Sequence record: PZ452584.1
Reading direction: 5' to 3' (one strand)
Length of the DNA: 64,000 bases
DNA from: a phage
Shown here: positions 19,962-29,342 of the stretch, one piece after another
How positions within the stretch are numbered: the stretch's first letter is position 1
How the letters are laid out: each line of letters starts with the position of its first letter
Program-made: the position numbers and the translations under genes
Notes under the pieces: model-generated
The model's input: the letters and a program-made list of their open reading frames with translations, nothing else
The model's database searches: none
What the model was told of the DNA's origin: nothing

Positions 19962-20276
19962 CTAAAAGAAACTTCTTTCACAATTTTTTCCACTGAACCA
20001 AGCGCTCACTGCTTTCTTAGTCTCAGGAGCAGTATTATCCATAAACCATTCAAAGGCAGCCTTTTTATGATTCTGGAGGGCTTCTCGGGCTTTAATCTGC
20101 TCACGGTCTATTAACACTAACATATGAGCCTTTCTTGTCACCAGGGGCTTCTTATGATTTTTTGAATATTCCCAATCATTTGTCCATCGCATCGTTGTTG
20201 CGAATTGAAGTACAGCTTCTTTAATCTTAGTTTCGTAAATTTCACGAGCCTTTGAGTATAACATCATTACCTCCAT
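19962..20276 (-). CDS. Hypothetical protein
   Basis: Track ORF. Confidence 0.4.
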   Translation of the reverse strand: MEVMMLYSKAREIYETKIKEAVLQFATTMRWTNDWEYSKNHKKPLVTRKAHMLVLIDREQIKAREALQNHKKAAFEWFMDNTAPETKKAVSAWFSGKNCERSFF

Positions 20277-20366
20277 TTACCAGTTTAATTCTAGTCATCT
20301 TTTTAATGGCAGTCCATATAATCTATTTCTGAACTGCCTTTTTGTCTTAGAAGTCCTCTTATGAAT

Positions 20367-21347
20367 TTATTTCAGAAGAGTAACCTCAGCGATTTCTTCC
20401 CAGCCGTTTTTGTCGGTCATAATAAAGTCAGCAAGATAAAGAGCAGTACGCAGTGAAACATTGCGTAAACGATTAACATTGACTTTCATCCATGATAATG
20501 CTTTATAAGTTTCTTCATCAGAAAGACCACGCTTTTGCATCATGTCGGTTGAAAGAATAACATCTTCAACCCTGACCATAATTTCTTCATTAGTGTGAAC
20601 ACCCAAATCCAAATAAACTGAGCGGGACACTAATGCTTGTAAATGTGGAGCAAGTTTAGTACCACGGTCTAATTCGCGGTCAATGTCAACGTTTGTGATA
20701 AAAACAATCGTTCCTTTAAATTCAAACTCACGCTCAATGCCTTTTTCTTCTAAGTAAGAAGATGCAGTGCTCCAGCAGACTTTACGGGTCTCTCCAGTGT
20801 CCAGAGCGGCTTTTAGAAGATTAAGAATATCCATATCAGAGAAAACATCCACATCATCAATCAAAAGGACAGAATTCTCTTCACGATTATTCCAAAGCTG
20901 CTCATAAAGACCGATACCGGAGATTTTACCGTTAATGCTTTTATATTCAATGTATCCATTATCATTTGCTTTATTTAAAGCTTTATCTAAAGAATACGTT
21001 TTACCAATACCCGCCGCACCAGAGATAATTAATGAACGAATGTTTCCGTTAATAATACCATTCGTCATCATTCCCATAACATTAAATCTTTTATTAATGC
21101 GGGTTTTCATATCTTCATATGATTCTTTAACTTCTTCAACTTTTACACCATCATATGAAATGTCTGATTTGTAAACCCAAACACCGCGACGTTTACCGTC
21201 AATTTCAACAAAAACTTTACCATCTCCTTGTGCATCTACCGGAGCATTATCTGGGAACCATTCACCTAAGAGCTCAAAAGTTCCAGAGATTTCTTTACCA
21301 AAGTAGATACCCTTATTGATAGTTACAGTTTTCATTTTATTCTCCAA
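20367..21347 (-). CDS. P-loop ATPase (AAA-like)
   Basis: Walker A IISGAAGIGKTYS and Walker B VLLIDDVDVF. Confidence 0.6.
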   Translation of the reverse strand: MENKMKTVTINKGIYFGKEISGTFELLGEWFPDNAPVDAQGDGKVFVEIDGKRRGVWVYKSDISYDGVKVEEVKESYEDMKTRINKRFNVMGMMTNGIINGNIRSLIISGAAGIGKTYSLDKALNKANDNGYIEYKSINGKISGIGLYEQLWNNREENSVLLIDDVDVFSDMDILNLLKAALDTGETRKVCWSTASSYLEEKGIEREFEFKGTIVFITNVDIDRELDRGTKLAPHLQALVSRSVYLDLGVHTNEEIMVRVEDVILSTDMMQKRGLSDEETYKALSWMKVNVNRLRNVSLRTALYLADFIMTDKNGWEEIAEVTLLK

Positions 21348-21364
21348 ATCCGTATCAGTTGATA

Positions 21365-21452
21365 GTTGTATAGTACCATAAAGCTTTATGCTTGTAAACA
21401 GTTTTGTGAAAAAATTTTTGAAATAAAAAGGGGGACCTCTAGGGCCCCCTTT
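21365..21452 (-). promoter_or_regulatory. PeSL-like unit: terminator hairpin plus early promoter
   Basis: aaaagggggacctctagggccccc hairpin 21427-21452 preceded on plus strand by gtaaacagttttgtgaaaaaatttttgaaat and tatagtaccat. Confidence 0.55.
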
Positions 21453-21458
21453 ATGCTT

Positions 21459-21944
21459 TTATTCCATTTCTATTATATGCATGTTCTTTTTGCTATCAAA
21501 ATATATGTTTTTAACTGTTAACTCCGAATTAATTGGCAATAAAAACTCTCTTTCATAATCTACCATACAAAGGTTATCATAAAGCTTGTTAAGCTTATCA
21601 TCGTCAGTTTGGCCAGATTCTTCAATTGCGATTAAATTTTCTAAAATGTCAATCATAGCAGTCGAATAGTCAAAAACGTTTGCATTTTTTAACACTACTA
21701 AAACATTAGTCATATAGCGTTCTGCAGCAAACGTTTCAGCTATATGAGACTCACTGCTAAAGGAAGTTATTCTTTTAAATTTGATTCTCCTATTAACTTC
21801 AAACTTATAAGATAGTACTTCCTCTATTGTAAGTCCTCTAAAAAGCACGTCTTTAATCTCAAGTTTGTCTTTAATGTAATCATTAACACGCTTATGATTA
21901 AAATCATTAATTTTGTTGCCAAGGCATTTCATTAAAATATGCAT
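21459..21944 (-). CDS. Hypothetical protein in PeSL-flanked cassette; candidate ADP-ribosyltransferase-like fold (motif-level only)
   Basis: Track ORF 21459-21974 (TTG start) trimmed to first ATG; FRG ... ITSFSSES ... YEREFLLP motifs in R-S-ExE order. Confidence 0.45.
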   Translation of the reverse strand: MHILMKCLGNKINDFNHKRVNDYIKDKLEIKDVLFRGLTIEEVLSYKFEVNRRIKFKRITSFSSESHIAETFAAERYMTNVLVVLKNANVFDYSTAMIDILENLIAIEESGQTDDDKLNKLYDNLCMVDYEREFLLPINSELTVKNIYFDSKKNMHIIEME

Positions 21945-21989
21945 TGTGTTTCTCTTCAATTTTTTAAAGAACAATTAATTAACTACAAA

Positions 21990-22071
21990 TATATTATAAT
22001 ATGCTTTATGATAGAAGTAAACAACTTTGTGAAAAATTTTTGAAATAAAAAGGGAGCCCGAAGGCTCCCTA
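21990..22071 (-). promoter_or_regulatory. PeSL-like unit: terminator hairpin plus early promoter (-35 GTTTAC, -10 TATAAT)
   Basis: gtaaacaactttgtgaaaaatttttgaaataaaaagggagcccgaaggctccc; minus strand reads GTTTAC-18nt-TATAAT. Confidence 0.55.
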
Positions 22072-23085
22072 TCATTTATAATAACTTCGGTGGTTTTCAA
22101 GATACACCTTCTCAAGGAAGTCATCCCAGAAACCCATGTCTACTTTTTGCTGCATACCGTTCTTAGAAGCTTCAGTAGATGCTGCTTCTACTTGATCGAC
22201 CACATCTTCCAAAAACTCTTGAACTGTTTTAAATGGATGCTTACCCAACTTCACGTCGAGAATAAATGGAGCATCTTGGAGTGGATAAACCAAGTCACCA
22301 GTTTTGTAAATTTCCAATAGTTGGAGTCCACCACGACAAGCATGACTCAGAGCTTTCCAGTCAATACCTTCATTGGCTTCGGCCTTACGAGCACGTTCAC
22401 CGTATTCAGCATCAAGTTTATTCAAAGACTGCTTAAGCTCAATAAGAGAAAGCGTTGTCTGATATTTACGACCCAACACAGTGTAGAACGTTTGTGGGCC
22501 TGTTTTCTCATGATTATGGAACACCCATTCACAGAATTCGTTTTCTGGAAGACGATGCTTAATATCTTCAACTTTAGTACGACGCTGCTTAATGGAACCG
22601 TCTTCTTGGTAATCAACCCATTGCTCAGGGATTTGATTAACTACTTTCAATACATCGCGTAATGCAGCCAAACGAGAACCCTTGACACCGTATTTAGAAG
22701 CTTGCTTGCGAACATATCCTAAATAAGATTTCATGTTAGTCGTATAAAAACGAGAACGGTTGTCTTGAATAAACTTCCACACATCAGGCAAATCAGATTT
22801 AACCACTAATTCAGGTGGAGTGTGAAGCATATCCAATGCTACAGTTTCACCATCTGCTGCTAATTTAAAGAAATACTTAAGACTATACAATTCGTGGTCA
22901 ATATCATCTTTAGTGTTTTTAGATGATGTGTTGTTGGTGTTTTTACTCATGTGCTCTTTGACATTTCCGATAAGAATATCGCGAGCAGGAGGAACAAAAA
23001 TTTCTTTAAAATCTACATCAGATTCTGGGGTAGAAGTTCCATAAAGATGACTACCAAAATAGCTTTTCATTACTGTTTTCATCAT
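22072..23085 (-). CDS. Pol-beta-superfamily nucleotidyltransferase-like protein
   Basis: N-terminal YFGSHLYGTSTPESDVDFKEIF matches GS-x(9-13)-DxD nucleotidyltransferase signature; 337 aa. Confidence 0.5.
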   Translation of the reverse strand: MMKTVMKSYFGSHLYGTSTPESDVDFKEIFVPPARDILIGNVKEHMSKNTNNTSSKNTKDDIDHELYSLKYFFKLAADGETVALDMLHTPPELVVKSDLPDVWKFIQDNRSRFYTTNMKSYLGYVRKQASKYGVKGSRLAALRDVLKVVNQIPEQWVDYQEDGSIKQRRTKVEDIKHRLPENEFCEWVFHNHEKTGPQTFYTVLGRKYQTTLSLIELKQSLNKLDAEYGERARKAEANEGIDWKALSHACRGGLQLLEIYKTGDLVYPLQDAPFILDVKLGKHPFKTVQEFLEDVVDQVEAASTEASKNGMQQKVDMGFWDDFLEKVYLENHRSYYK

Positions 23086-23203
23086 TCAGCCTTATATTCA
23101 ATAACAGGACATACTTTAGCTTTACGGGCTTTTAAAAATTCGACGATAATAGATTTCTTGGGTTGAATAGGAGGTAAACCTTTATACGCCCTATCAATAT
23201 TTT

Positions 23204-23542
23204 CTACATGTAAAGCATAATCCTTTTCCATTTATAATCTTTATATTTTTCATGCAGTTGTGCAGGAATAACAAATGAACCGATAATAAGTAAAACAAGC
23301 AAAATGGCAAGTATAAATGCTGATGGAATAAGAGTCCATAAACTACCAAAAATAAGCCATTTCTGTATGATTTCTGCACAGATGATAGTTAGCCCTACGA
23401 GTATAGCACATCCGAAAAAAGAAACGAAAAATGTAGGAATAACAATAGACCAAAAATATGCACATAGTGTCTTAGGTCGTTGCCATTCATCGTTAAACAA
23501 TTTGAATAATTTATAGTGCCAAGAGTTTTCATTAATAATCAT
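23204..23542 (-). CDS. Hypothetical membrane protein
   Basis: 112 aa, several hydrophobic helices. Confidence 0.4.
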   Translation of the reverse strand: MIINENSWHYKLFKLFNDEWQRPKTLCAYFWSIVIPTFFVSFFGCAILVGLTIICAEIIQKWLIFGSLWTLIPSAFILAILLVLLIIGSFVIPAQLHEKYKDYKWKRIMLYM

Positions 23543-23544
23543 AA

Positions 23545-24066
23545 TTATCCTTTCATTGAAGGCGTAACGGTTGTTAAATATTTAATCATAGCTTCAGCTT
23601 CTGATTTTGATAATGAAATTTCTCCATTGTTTTGACGAATAGAAATAAAATCCGGATGACGGTCACCACCAGCTTTTAAAACACACATATAAGTATCAAC
23701 TTCGCCTTCAATATTTGAAATGATTGAAGCAGTTCCACATGAATGCGGTTTTTGATAAATCAACACAGCTTTTCTTCCGCCATTTGACTGCTCATAGGCT
23801 TTTAATACATCAAGCAAATCAGTTCTTTTATCAATAGCTAAAATGTTATTTTCATCTTCAATGTTAAATCCTTCGGATACTTCATAAAGCGTTACCCATA
23901 AATCACCAATGTCAATAACAGCATTTACTTTTCCACGGCTTTCAAGAGTATGACAAATTTTCTTGATTTCGTCATAACTCATTTTAATAATATCATCTCC
24001 TTGACTAAGAAAGATGTCATTTTTAAATTCAACACGAATTAAACCGCTTCCACTTGAAATAAACAT
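23545..24066 (-). CDS. Hypothetical protein (paralog-like with 24073-24627)
   Basis: C-terminus ...SEAEAMIKYLTTVTPSMKG resembles neighbour's ...DEAIALKTYLDSVIPTMISK. Confidence 0.45.
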   Translation of the reverse strand: MFISSGSGLIRVEFKNDIFLSQGDDIIKMSYDEIKKICHTLESRGKVNAVIDIGDLWVTLYEVSEGFNIEDENNILAIDKRTDLLDVLKAYEQSNGGRKAVLIYQKPHSCGTASIISNIEGEVDTYMCVLKAGGDRHPDFISIRQNNGEISLSKSEAEAMIKYLTTVTPSMKG

Positions 24067-24072
24067 ATTTCC

Positions 24073-24627
24073 TCACTTTGAAATCATAGTTGGAATAACA
24101 GAATCAAGATAAGTCTTTAGTGCAATAGCTTCGTCTTTGGTAAATGTGACAATATGTGCTCGAAAATCATCAATTTGACGAATAGTTAAGACATCTCCAT
24201 CTTCATAACATTTTGATACGTTTAAAACAGTTTCATCATTCTGATTGCAAGCGTTAGTAATAATAGCATTGCAATTTTTAAACCATTTTAAACTATGTTT
24301 TCTTTCATTAGAATAATAAAAATATTTAATCTTATCTATAAAACTGTCCCAATGGATAACTGATAAGCATATTGACTCGCTTTCAATATTAAATCCTGGG
24401 CATGAAGAATAAAAATGAATTTTATGCTCATCATTAATGCTTACAATTTTATCAGTATAAGGATATTCAATTTGGGTTAAATGAATAATTTCACTAGGTG
24501 TAAAATACAGCATATCGTCTTCTTGCGTCAAACGATACATATTATTTACTTTTTCTATAGCCAATTCGCCAAAAAGCGGACTAACTTCTAATACTAATCG
24601 TTTCATATTAATCCTTTTTAATGGCAT
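24073..24627 (-). CDS. Hypothetical protein (paralog-like with 23545-24066)
   Basis: See above. Confidence 0.45.
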   Translation of the reverse strand: MPLKRINMKRLVLEVSPLFGELAIEKVNNMYRLTQEDDMLYFTPSEIIHLTQIEYPYTDKIVSINDEHKIHFYSSCPGFNIESESICLSVIHWDSFIDKIKYFYYSNERKHSLKWFKNCNAIITNACNQNDETVLNVSKCYEDGDVLTIRQIDDFRAHIVTFTKDEAIALKTYLDSVIPTMISK

Positions 24628-24886
24628 GAATTTGTTCTAAAATTTTAGAGTATTCCTTTATATCAGATTTACGTACAATCGATACACTATAAGGCATACT
24701 ATCGGTGTCTTTTATAAAGCGTTCCAAATGACACTCTAACAAAATTTCTGGATTATAAATCGTGTACATCAAATTACCTGTTGCTCCACGATATTGACAG
24801 ATTTCTACTGATTGAGCATCATTCCACAATTTTGTTAAGACTAAATCACCTACTTCTAATTTAGGAAAGCCCATGTTATTCACCAA
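24608..24886 (-). CDS. Hypothetical protein
   Basis: Track ORF. Confidence 0.35.
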   Translation of the reverse strand: MVNNMGFPKLEVGDLVLTKLWNDAQSVEICQYRGATGNLMYTIYNPEILLECHLERFIKDTDSMPYSVSIVRKSDIKEYSKILEQIHAIKKD

Positions 24887-25061
24887 TTAAAGTTTCAATA
24901 TAAGAATCAAGATTTACTTTAGCTTCTTCCATAAGAGTTTTGTATTTAATCTTGTTAGCATGTCCGGAGAAAGCTGATTCATCAATAACTGTTGCTGTAT
25001 GAACAGCTTTGCTATATGTTTCAATTAATTCTCTTAATTTAAAAGCCTGCTCACTTGTCAT
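24876..25061 (-). CDS. Hypothetical small protein
   Basis: Track ORF. Confidence 0.3.
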   Translation of the reverse strand: MTSEQAFKLRELIETYSKAVHTATVIDESAFSGHANKIKYKTLMEEAKVNLDSYIETLIGE

Positions 25062-25388
25062 TACATACTCCTCTGAATCATATCAATAATATTGTTCACC
25101 AGATTATAAGTAAACATTGGGTAATTATATTGAATCATCACATACACAACAAACAAAACTTTCATTCTCTTCTCCTTGGCAGTTGACAAGATTACTATAC
25201 CATAACCTTGCCAACTTGTAAACCATTAAATGACGTTTTCAATAAAATTCTGGAGTTTTGTGTGAGCATCAACCATGATTTTCATTTCTTCCTTTGCGAA
25301 AGCTATGCCTCTTTCCCGAGAAGAACACTCATAGTCAGAAACTGCATTAGCATATTCTTCAATTAGCTTCATTAAAAACATCTGCTTT

Positions 25389-25583
25389 TCAGTTTTCATT
25401 ATTCCACCTAATCATTTCAAGATATTGAACTAACTTAGCTTTGGATTTATCCAAATCCTTTTTAGCTGCTTCTATACCGTCGTATGAATATCCTTCACAA
25501 TGCTCAACTGCTAATTGATATGAATCTATTTCAATATCACGTGCTAATTTAATGATTTTTTCAAACTGTTCGCGTGTTAGCAT
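25389..25583 (-). CDS. Hypothetical small protein
   Basis: Track ORF. Confidence 0.3.
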   Translation of the reverse strand: MLTREQFEKIIKLARDIEIDSYQLAVEHCEGYSYDGIEAAKKDLDKSKAKLVQYLEMIRWNNEN

Positions 25584-25585
25584 AC

Positions 25586-25825
25586 TTAAACTCTCGTATT
25601 ATGATCGATAATTTCATCAAGAAACATATCTAACGCTTCTAAAGCATTATCAACTTTAGCTTCAAATTCATCAATGCCTTTATTTGCAATGCCTGACGAA
25701 AACCAAGCAAAGTCACTAAGTTCCTCGTCTGCTTTACGAATTAAAGCTACTAATTCCTTAATTTTATCCGCTTGTTCGATACTAATCATTATTCCACCAC
25801 ATATGAAAGAGAGAATATTGCACAC
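25586..25825 (-). CDS. Hypothetical small protein
   Basis: Track ORF. Confidence 0.3.
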   Translation of the reverse strand: MCNILSFICGGIMISIEQADKIKELVALIRKADEELSDFAWFSSGIANKGIDEFEAKVDNALEALDMFLDEIIDHNTRV

Positions 25826-26022
25826 GCCATGTGAGTTGCAGCTTCATCACACATATTATAACGTTTCTTAAGAAGTTCTACAAGTTCTTCACTAGTAACT
25901 TCATCCATGTCGACGAAAAAATCACCATTAATGATGACGTAGATATTTCCTTCTTGATTGAGTGCTTCAATTTTCATGATGTTCTCCTCTTTATCCGATA
26001 GTTGTATAGTACCACAGCTCAA
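25789..26022 (-). CDS. Hypothetical small protein (start probably internal)
   Basis: Track ORF; first codons overlap the promoter at 26000-26035. Confidence 0.3.
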   Translation of the reverse strand: MSCGTIQLSDKEENIMKIEALNQEGNIYVIINGDFFVDMDEVTSEELVELLKKRYNMCDEAATHMACAIFSLSYVVE

Positions 26023-26068
26023 ACGGAAAGTAAACCGGTAAAATGAAAAAAGTCTCCCGAAGGAGACT
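26000..26068 (-). promoter_or_regulatory. PeSL-like unit: terminator hairpin plus early promoter
   Basis: gttgtatagtaccacag...gtaaaccggtaaaatgaaaaaagtctcccgaaggagact. Confidence 0.5.
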
Positions 26069-26072
26069 AATG

Positions 26073-26459
26073 TTATTCGAGGGAAAGAAGATACTTACTC
26101 TGGTAAAACATTCCAGTAATATCATCTATCGTGCTTTGAATGGCTGGAGGCATTTCTTTATAAATGCTGTTAGATTGGTCTAGTATGCGATCAATCATTT
26201 TAATTGTGTCGGTAGGAAGTTTACTGGCATCTGGAATTGAAGGTGTGTATTTTCTACCAGAATACCCCAAATATTGCTCACCAAATTTATCAATCAAATC
26301 TGGCAACTCGGAGAAAATAAAATCGTATGCTTTGTGTCTAGCATAACTTTTAGTTTCAAAATGCGCAGAATGAAAATAAGCTTGTGCAGCCATTAATAAA
26401 CCTAAGTATTCATCTGCCTTTGAAGGTTTTCCACTTTGTGAAAAGTCGCTGAATTTCAT
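26073..26459 (-). CDS. Hypothetical protein upstream of rI (rI.-1 position)
   Basis: 128-aa ORF abutting rI. Confidence 0.4.
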   Translation of the reverse strand: MKFSDFSQSGKPSKADEYLGLLMAAQAYFHSAHFETKSYARHKAYDFIFSELPDLIDKFGEQYLGYSGRKYTPSIPDASKLPTDTIKMIDRILDQSNSIYKEMPPAIQSTIDDITGMFYQSKYLLSLE

Positions 26460-26749
26460 TCAGTCTCCAATTTAATGTTCATAATTCTAGCGTATGATTG
26501 TGCCATCTCCGCGCCTCGTTCTATACATTCAAAATCAGAAGAGCACGGGTCATTTTTATAGGTCGTTCTCATAAAACTATAGAATTGTTCAGACGATTCT
26601 ACGCTTTTATTTTCAAAAAGTGTATAAACGTGCCTAATACCAGATTCCATAAATTTATCAAAATGAGGATCGACATTCGCTTCAATCGATGGAGATAAAA
26701 CAAATGACAATCCTAGCATGGCAAAAAGTGCCGTTGCTTTTAAGGCCAT
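26456..26749 (-). CDS. rI: Lysis-inhibition regulator RI (periplasmic antiholin)
   Basis: 97 aa with N-terminal signal-anchor MALKATALFAMLGLSFVLSPSIEA, recognised as T4 RI. Confidence 0.85.
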   Translation of the reverse strand: MALKATALFAMLGLSFVLSPSIEANVDPHFDKFMESGIRHVYTLFENKSVESSEQFYSFMRTTYKNDPCSSDFECIERGAEMAQSYARIMNIKLETE

Positions 26750-26761
26750 AAAGGCCTCCTA

Positions 26762-26974
26762 TCATTTTTGTCCTGTATTTACTTTATGCCGGTGCACGGC
26801 CTTAACTTTATCAAGGTATTTTTCAAAATTTCGCAATCTAGTATAGTCTGCCGGAGATTGGTTGAGCGATACTTCTCGACGCAAAGCTGAAATGATATTT
26901 CCAACTTCCCTACGAATTTCATCTAATTGAAGCACAGTAAGATTGCGAAGTTGCTTTTCAGTTAATTGTAGCAT
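26762..26974 (-). CDS. Hypothetical small protein (rI.1 position)
   Basis: Track ORF. Confidence 0.4.
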
Positions 26975-27016
26975 ATATACCCCTTTAGTTAGATAAACCT
27001 ATTTATAACTTTTGCA

Positions 27017-27598
27017 CTAACCGAGTTTTTTAGTTAATTCATTCCAATGTTTTCTACACAAAGAAACATAAATTTCATCACCAATACAGATTTGATTACC
27101 TTCTTTAACTGGTGTTCCATCTTCCATTAATCGAGCTGTCATAATCGCTTTTTTACCGCAATGACAAACTGCCTTTAGTTCAATAAGTTTATCTGCAATC
27201 GCCAAAAGTTCTTTAGAACCTTCAAACAATTTTCCAGCGAAATCAGTCCTTAATCCATAAGCCATAACAGGAACATTATATGTATCAACAATTCGGCTCA
27301 ATTGATGCACTTGTTCAGTTTTTAAAAACTGAGCTTCATCTACAAATACGCAATGAATATCTTTTTGTGCTTCAGCCCATTTATAGAACTCGAAAATATC
27401 CATATCATCTGTAATAATATTCGCTTCCTGTTTAATTCCAATGCGAGAAACAACTTCACAGACAGAATCGCGAGTATCAATAGCAGGCTTAAGAACTAAT
27501 ACACTCATTCCACGTTCTTTATAATTATGTGCAGCAGTCAAAAGAGAAGCAGATTTTCCAGCATTCATTGCTGCATAAGTAAAAATTAAACTCGCCAT
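27017..27598 (-). CDS. tk: Thymidine kinase
   Basis: 193 aa; P-loop AMNAGKSASLL and C-terminal zinc-ribbon cysteines. Confidence 0.9.
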   Translation of the reverse strand: MASLIFTYAAMNAGKSASLLTAAHNYKERGMSVLVLKPAIDTRDSVCEVVSRIGIKQEANIITDDMDIFEFYKWAEAQKDIHCVFVDEAQFLKTEQVHQLSRIVDTYNVPVMAYGLRTDFAGKLFEGSKELLAIADKLIELKAVCHCGKKAIMTARLMEDGTPVKEGNQICIGDEIYVSLCRKHWNELTKKLG

Positions 27599-27607
27599 AT
27601 CACCTTC

Positions 27608-27814
27608 TTAAAGCGTATTCACATAAGCTATTAATTCATTTTCTTTCTTATCAAACCGATCAGCAAATTCTTCCTGCTGTTCGGGAGATAGCGGGCCGTA
27701 TTCATCATAAAAGGTGTTTGCTTCTGTATGCTCATCTAGAAGTTCATGGATAAGCTCAAACAATTTATCTTTTTGTTCTTTACTCAGACTCATAACCATG
27801 TCACCTTTAAGCAA
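27608..27814 (-). CDS. Hypothetical small protein
   Basis: Track ORF. Confidence 0.35.
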   Translation of the reverse strand: MLKGDMVMSLSKEQKDKLFELIHELLDEHTEANTFYDEYGPLSPEQQEEFADRFDKKENELIAYVNTL

Positions 27815-28002
27815 TATTCTTCTACATGTTGTTTACGACCTTTCTTATCAATAAAGGTATATTCAACGAATGTTCCAATGTAGTCTTTATCTACATCATG
27901 TGGACTATTAATTGGACATTTAGTACGGCAAATGCGTTCCCATTGACGAATAATTACTGCTTTGTTTTTAGGATCAAACGGATGTGGGTAATGTACTTTC
28001 AT
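27790..28002 (-). CDS. Hypothetical small protein
   Basis: Track ORF. Confidence 0.35.
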   Translation of the reverse strand: MKVHYPHPFDPKNKAVIIRQWERICRTKCPINSPHDVDKDYIGTFVEYTFIDKKGRKQHVEEYCLKVTWL

Positions 28003-28453
28003 AATCCACCACTATTAAATCAATATCAGGAGTAAACATGTCGATTAATTTAGAAACCTTATCCCAATCACCGCCAGCAATACCACAACCTATGCGTGGA
28101 ATGTAAATTACCGGTTTAAACAAAAGGGTTTCTGCCTGTAGATTTAATTCTATCATGCAGTTTACTAAAGCACCATAATCAAGATTAGGACCTGGTTCGT
28201 ATTGCGTATACAGGTTATAGCATATACCAAATCCCGTAGGACTATGTTTAAAAACAATAGACATATCACCTAATTTATCACGAGAACCGTACTCGGTAGT
28301 GGTTTTATCTATTTCTAAAATTTTGGGATAGGCTCTTGCTAATTGACCCGCTACACCTGAACCCATAGTATGAAAACAATTGCACCCATGCGCAATAATA
28401 TTACCTTGAAGAAATAGGGCGACAATATCGCCCTTGATATATTTTACAATCAT
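27974..28453 (-). CDS. Macro-domain-like protein (ADP-ribose binding/processing fold)
   Basis: KGDIV...IIAHGCNCFHTMGSGVAGQLARAYP and later PVIYIPRIGCGIAGGDW parallel the two conserved macro-domain glycine-rich motifs. Confidence 0.5.
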   Translation of the reverse strand: MIVKYIKGDIVALFLQGNIIAHGCNCFHTMGSGVAGQLARAYPKILEIDKTTTEYGSRDKLGDMSIVFKHSPTGFGICYNLYTQYEPGPNLDYGALVNCMIELNLQAETLLFKPVIYIPRIGCGIAGGDWDKVSKLIDMFTPDIDLIVVDYESTLPTSV

Positions 28454-28797
28454 CTAGTACTCAATCCTCGATTATAAGAATCTACCAAACGGTCAACCAT
28501 TGAATGACAAGCGGCTTTATCTTTCTCCTCCGCAACTGAACATTCTAAGGTATTCCACTTTTTAGCATATCGTTTTAACAATGTATCGTTTTTGTATCTG
28601 CTTGATTTATCTCTTTCTCCGTCTTTATATGCATATATTAATTTCTGTGCAAATTCAGCTTGGCATGCTTTATTTTTCCCGCAATAATCTGCCGCAGTGC
28701 GGTTTACATATTCTCTAATTTCAGTATATGATGTATCTGCTGACGCAGAAGCAGAAAATGAAATTAATCCTATACATAAAACCAAAATTTTAGTCAT
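28450..28797 (-). CDS. Hypothetical secreted protein
   Basis: N-terminal signal-peptide-like MTKILVLCIGLISFSASASA; 115 aa. Confidence 0.4.
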   Translation of the reverse strand: MTKILVLCIGLISFSASASADTSYTEIREYVNRTAADYCGKNKACQAEFAQKLIYAYKDGERDKSSRYKNDTLLKRYAKKWNTLECSVAEEKDKAACHSMVDRLVDSYNRGLSTR

Positions 28798-29335
28798 TTA
28801 CTATTTCCAAAAGTTTATTATTTTTAAGGTAATTAGCCTTTTCTAGGACTTCAGAAGCATATTTAGAACCAGCTTTAACATTCCATCCCGAATTATAAGA
28901 GGATATTGCTTTTCTTATATCGCCCTTATGTATATTTAACCAATAAGAAAGTTCAATGTACGCCCAGGAAGCTGAATTGGACCGTTTATTCAACATTCTT
29001 TTTATTTCAGCATCGGTCATATTATAACCAAGTTCCTTAACTCTTGCTCGCATAGTAGGCAAATAATTTTGGAACATTCCATAAGCGTGATGCTTTGGTT
29101 TAGATTTTAAATTAACTCCGCCAGAGCTTTCTTGCCATAAAATAGCAGCCATTATATGACCTAATCCGCTCTTGTGGATATTTTTGTGTGTTTTATATTT
29201 TCCATCCTTAGAAAACTGTTCCCCGAATTGATACGCGTAACGCATGTTATCGAGTTGGACATTACTGAAAGTATGCTCGGAGCTATGTGCCATCATTGAA
29301 ATGGCCAATAGACCAGCGAGTAGTGCTTTTCTCAT
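28790..29335 (-). CDS. Secreted lytic-transglycosylase-like protein (SLT-domain motifs)
   Basis: Signal peptide MRKALLAGLLAISMMAHS; AILWQESSGG ... YGMFQ ... SSYNSGW resemble the family-1 lytic transglycosylase motifs. Confidence 0.5.
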   Translation of the reverse strand: MRKALLAGLLAISMMAHSSEHTFSNVQLDNMRYAYQFGEQFSKDGKYKTHKNIHKSGLGHIMAAILWQESSGGVNLKSKPKHHAYGMFQNYLPTMRARVKELGYNMTDAEIKRMLNKRSNSASWAYIELSYWLNIHKGDIRKAISSYNSGWNVKAGSKYASEVLEKANYLKNNKLLEIVND

Positions 29336-29342
29336 GCTTACC

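Noticed and set aside
22090-22662. Plus-strand ORFs 22090-22320 and 22321-22662 antisense to the nucleotidyltransferase gene
   Set aside because: Entirely contained within a longer, motif-bearing minus-strand ORF; no start context.
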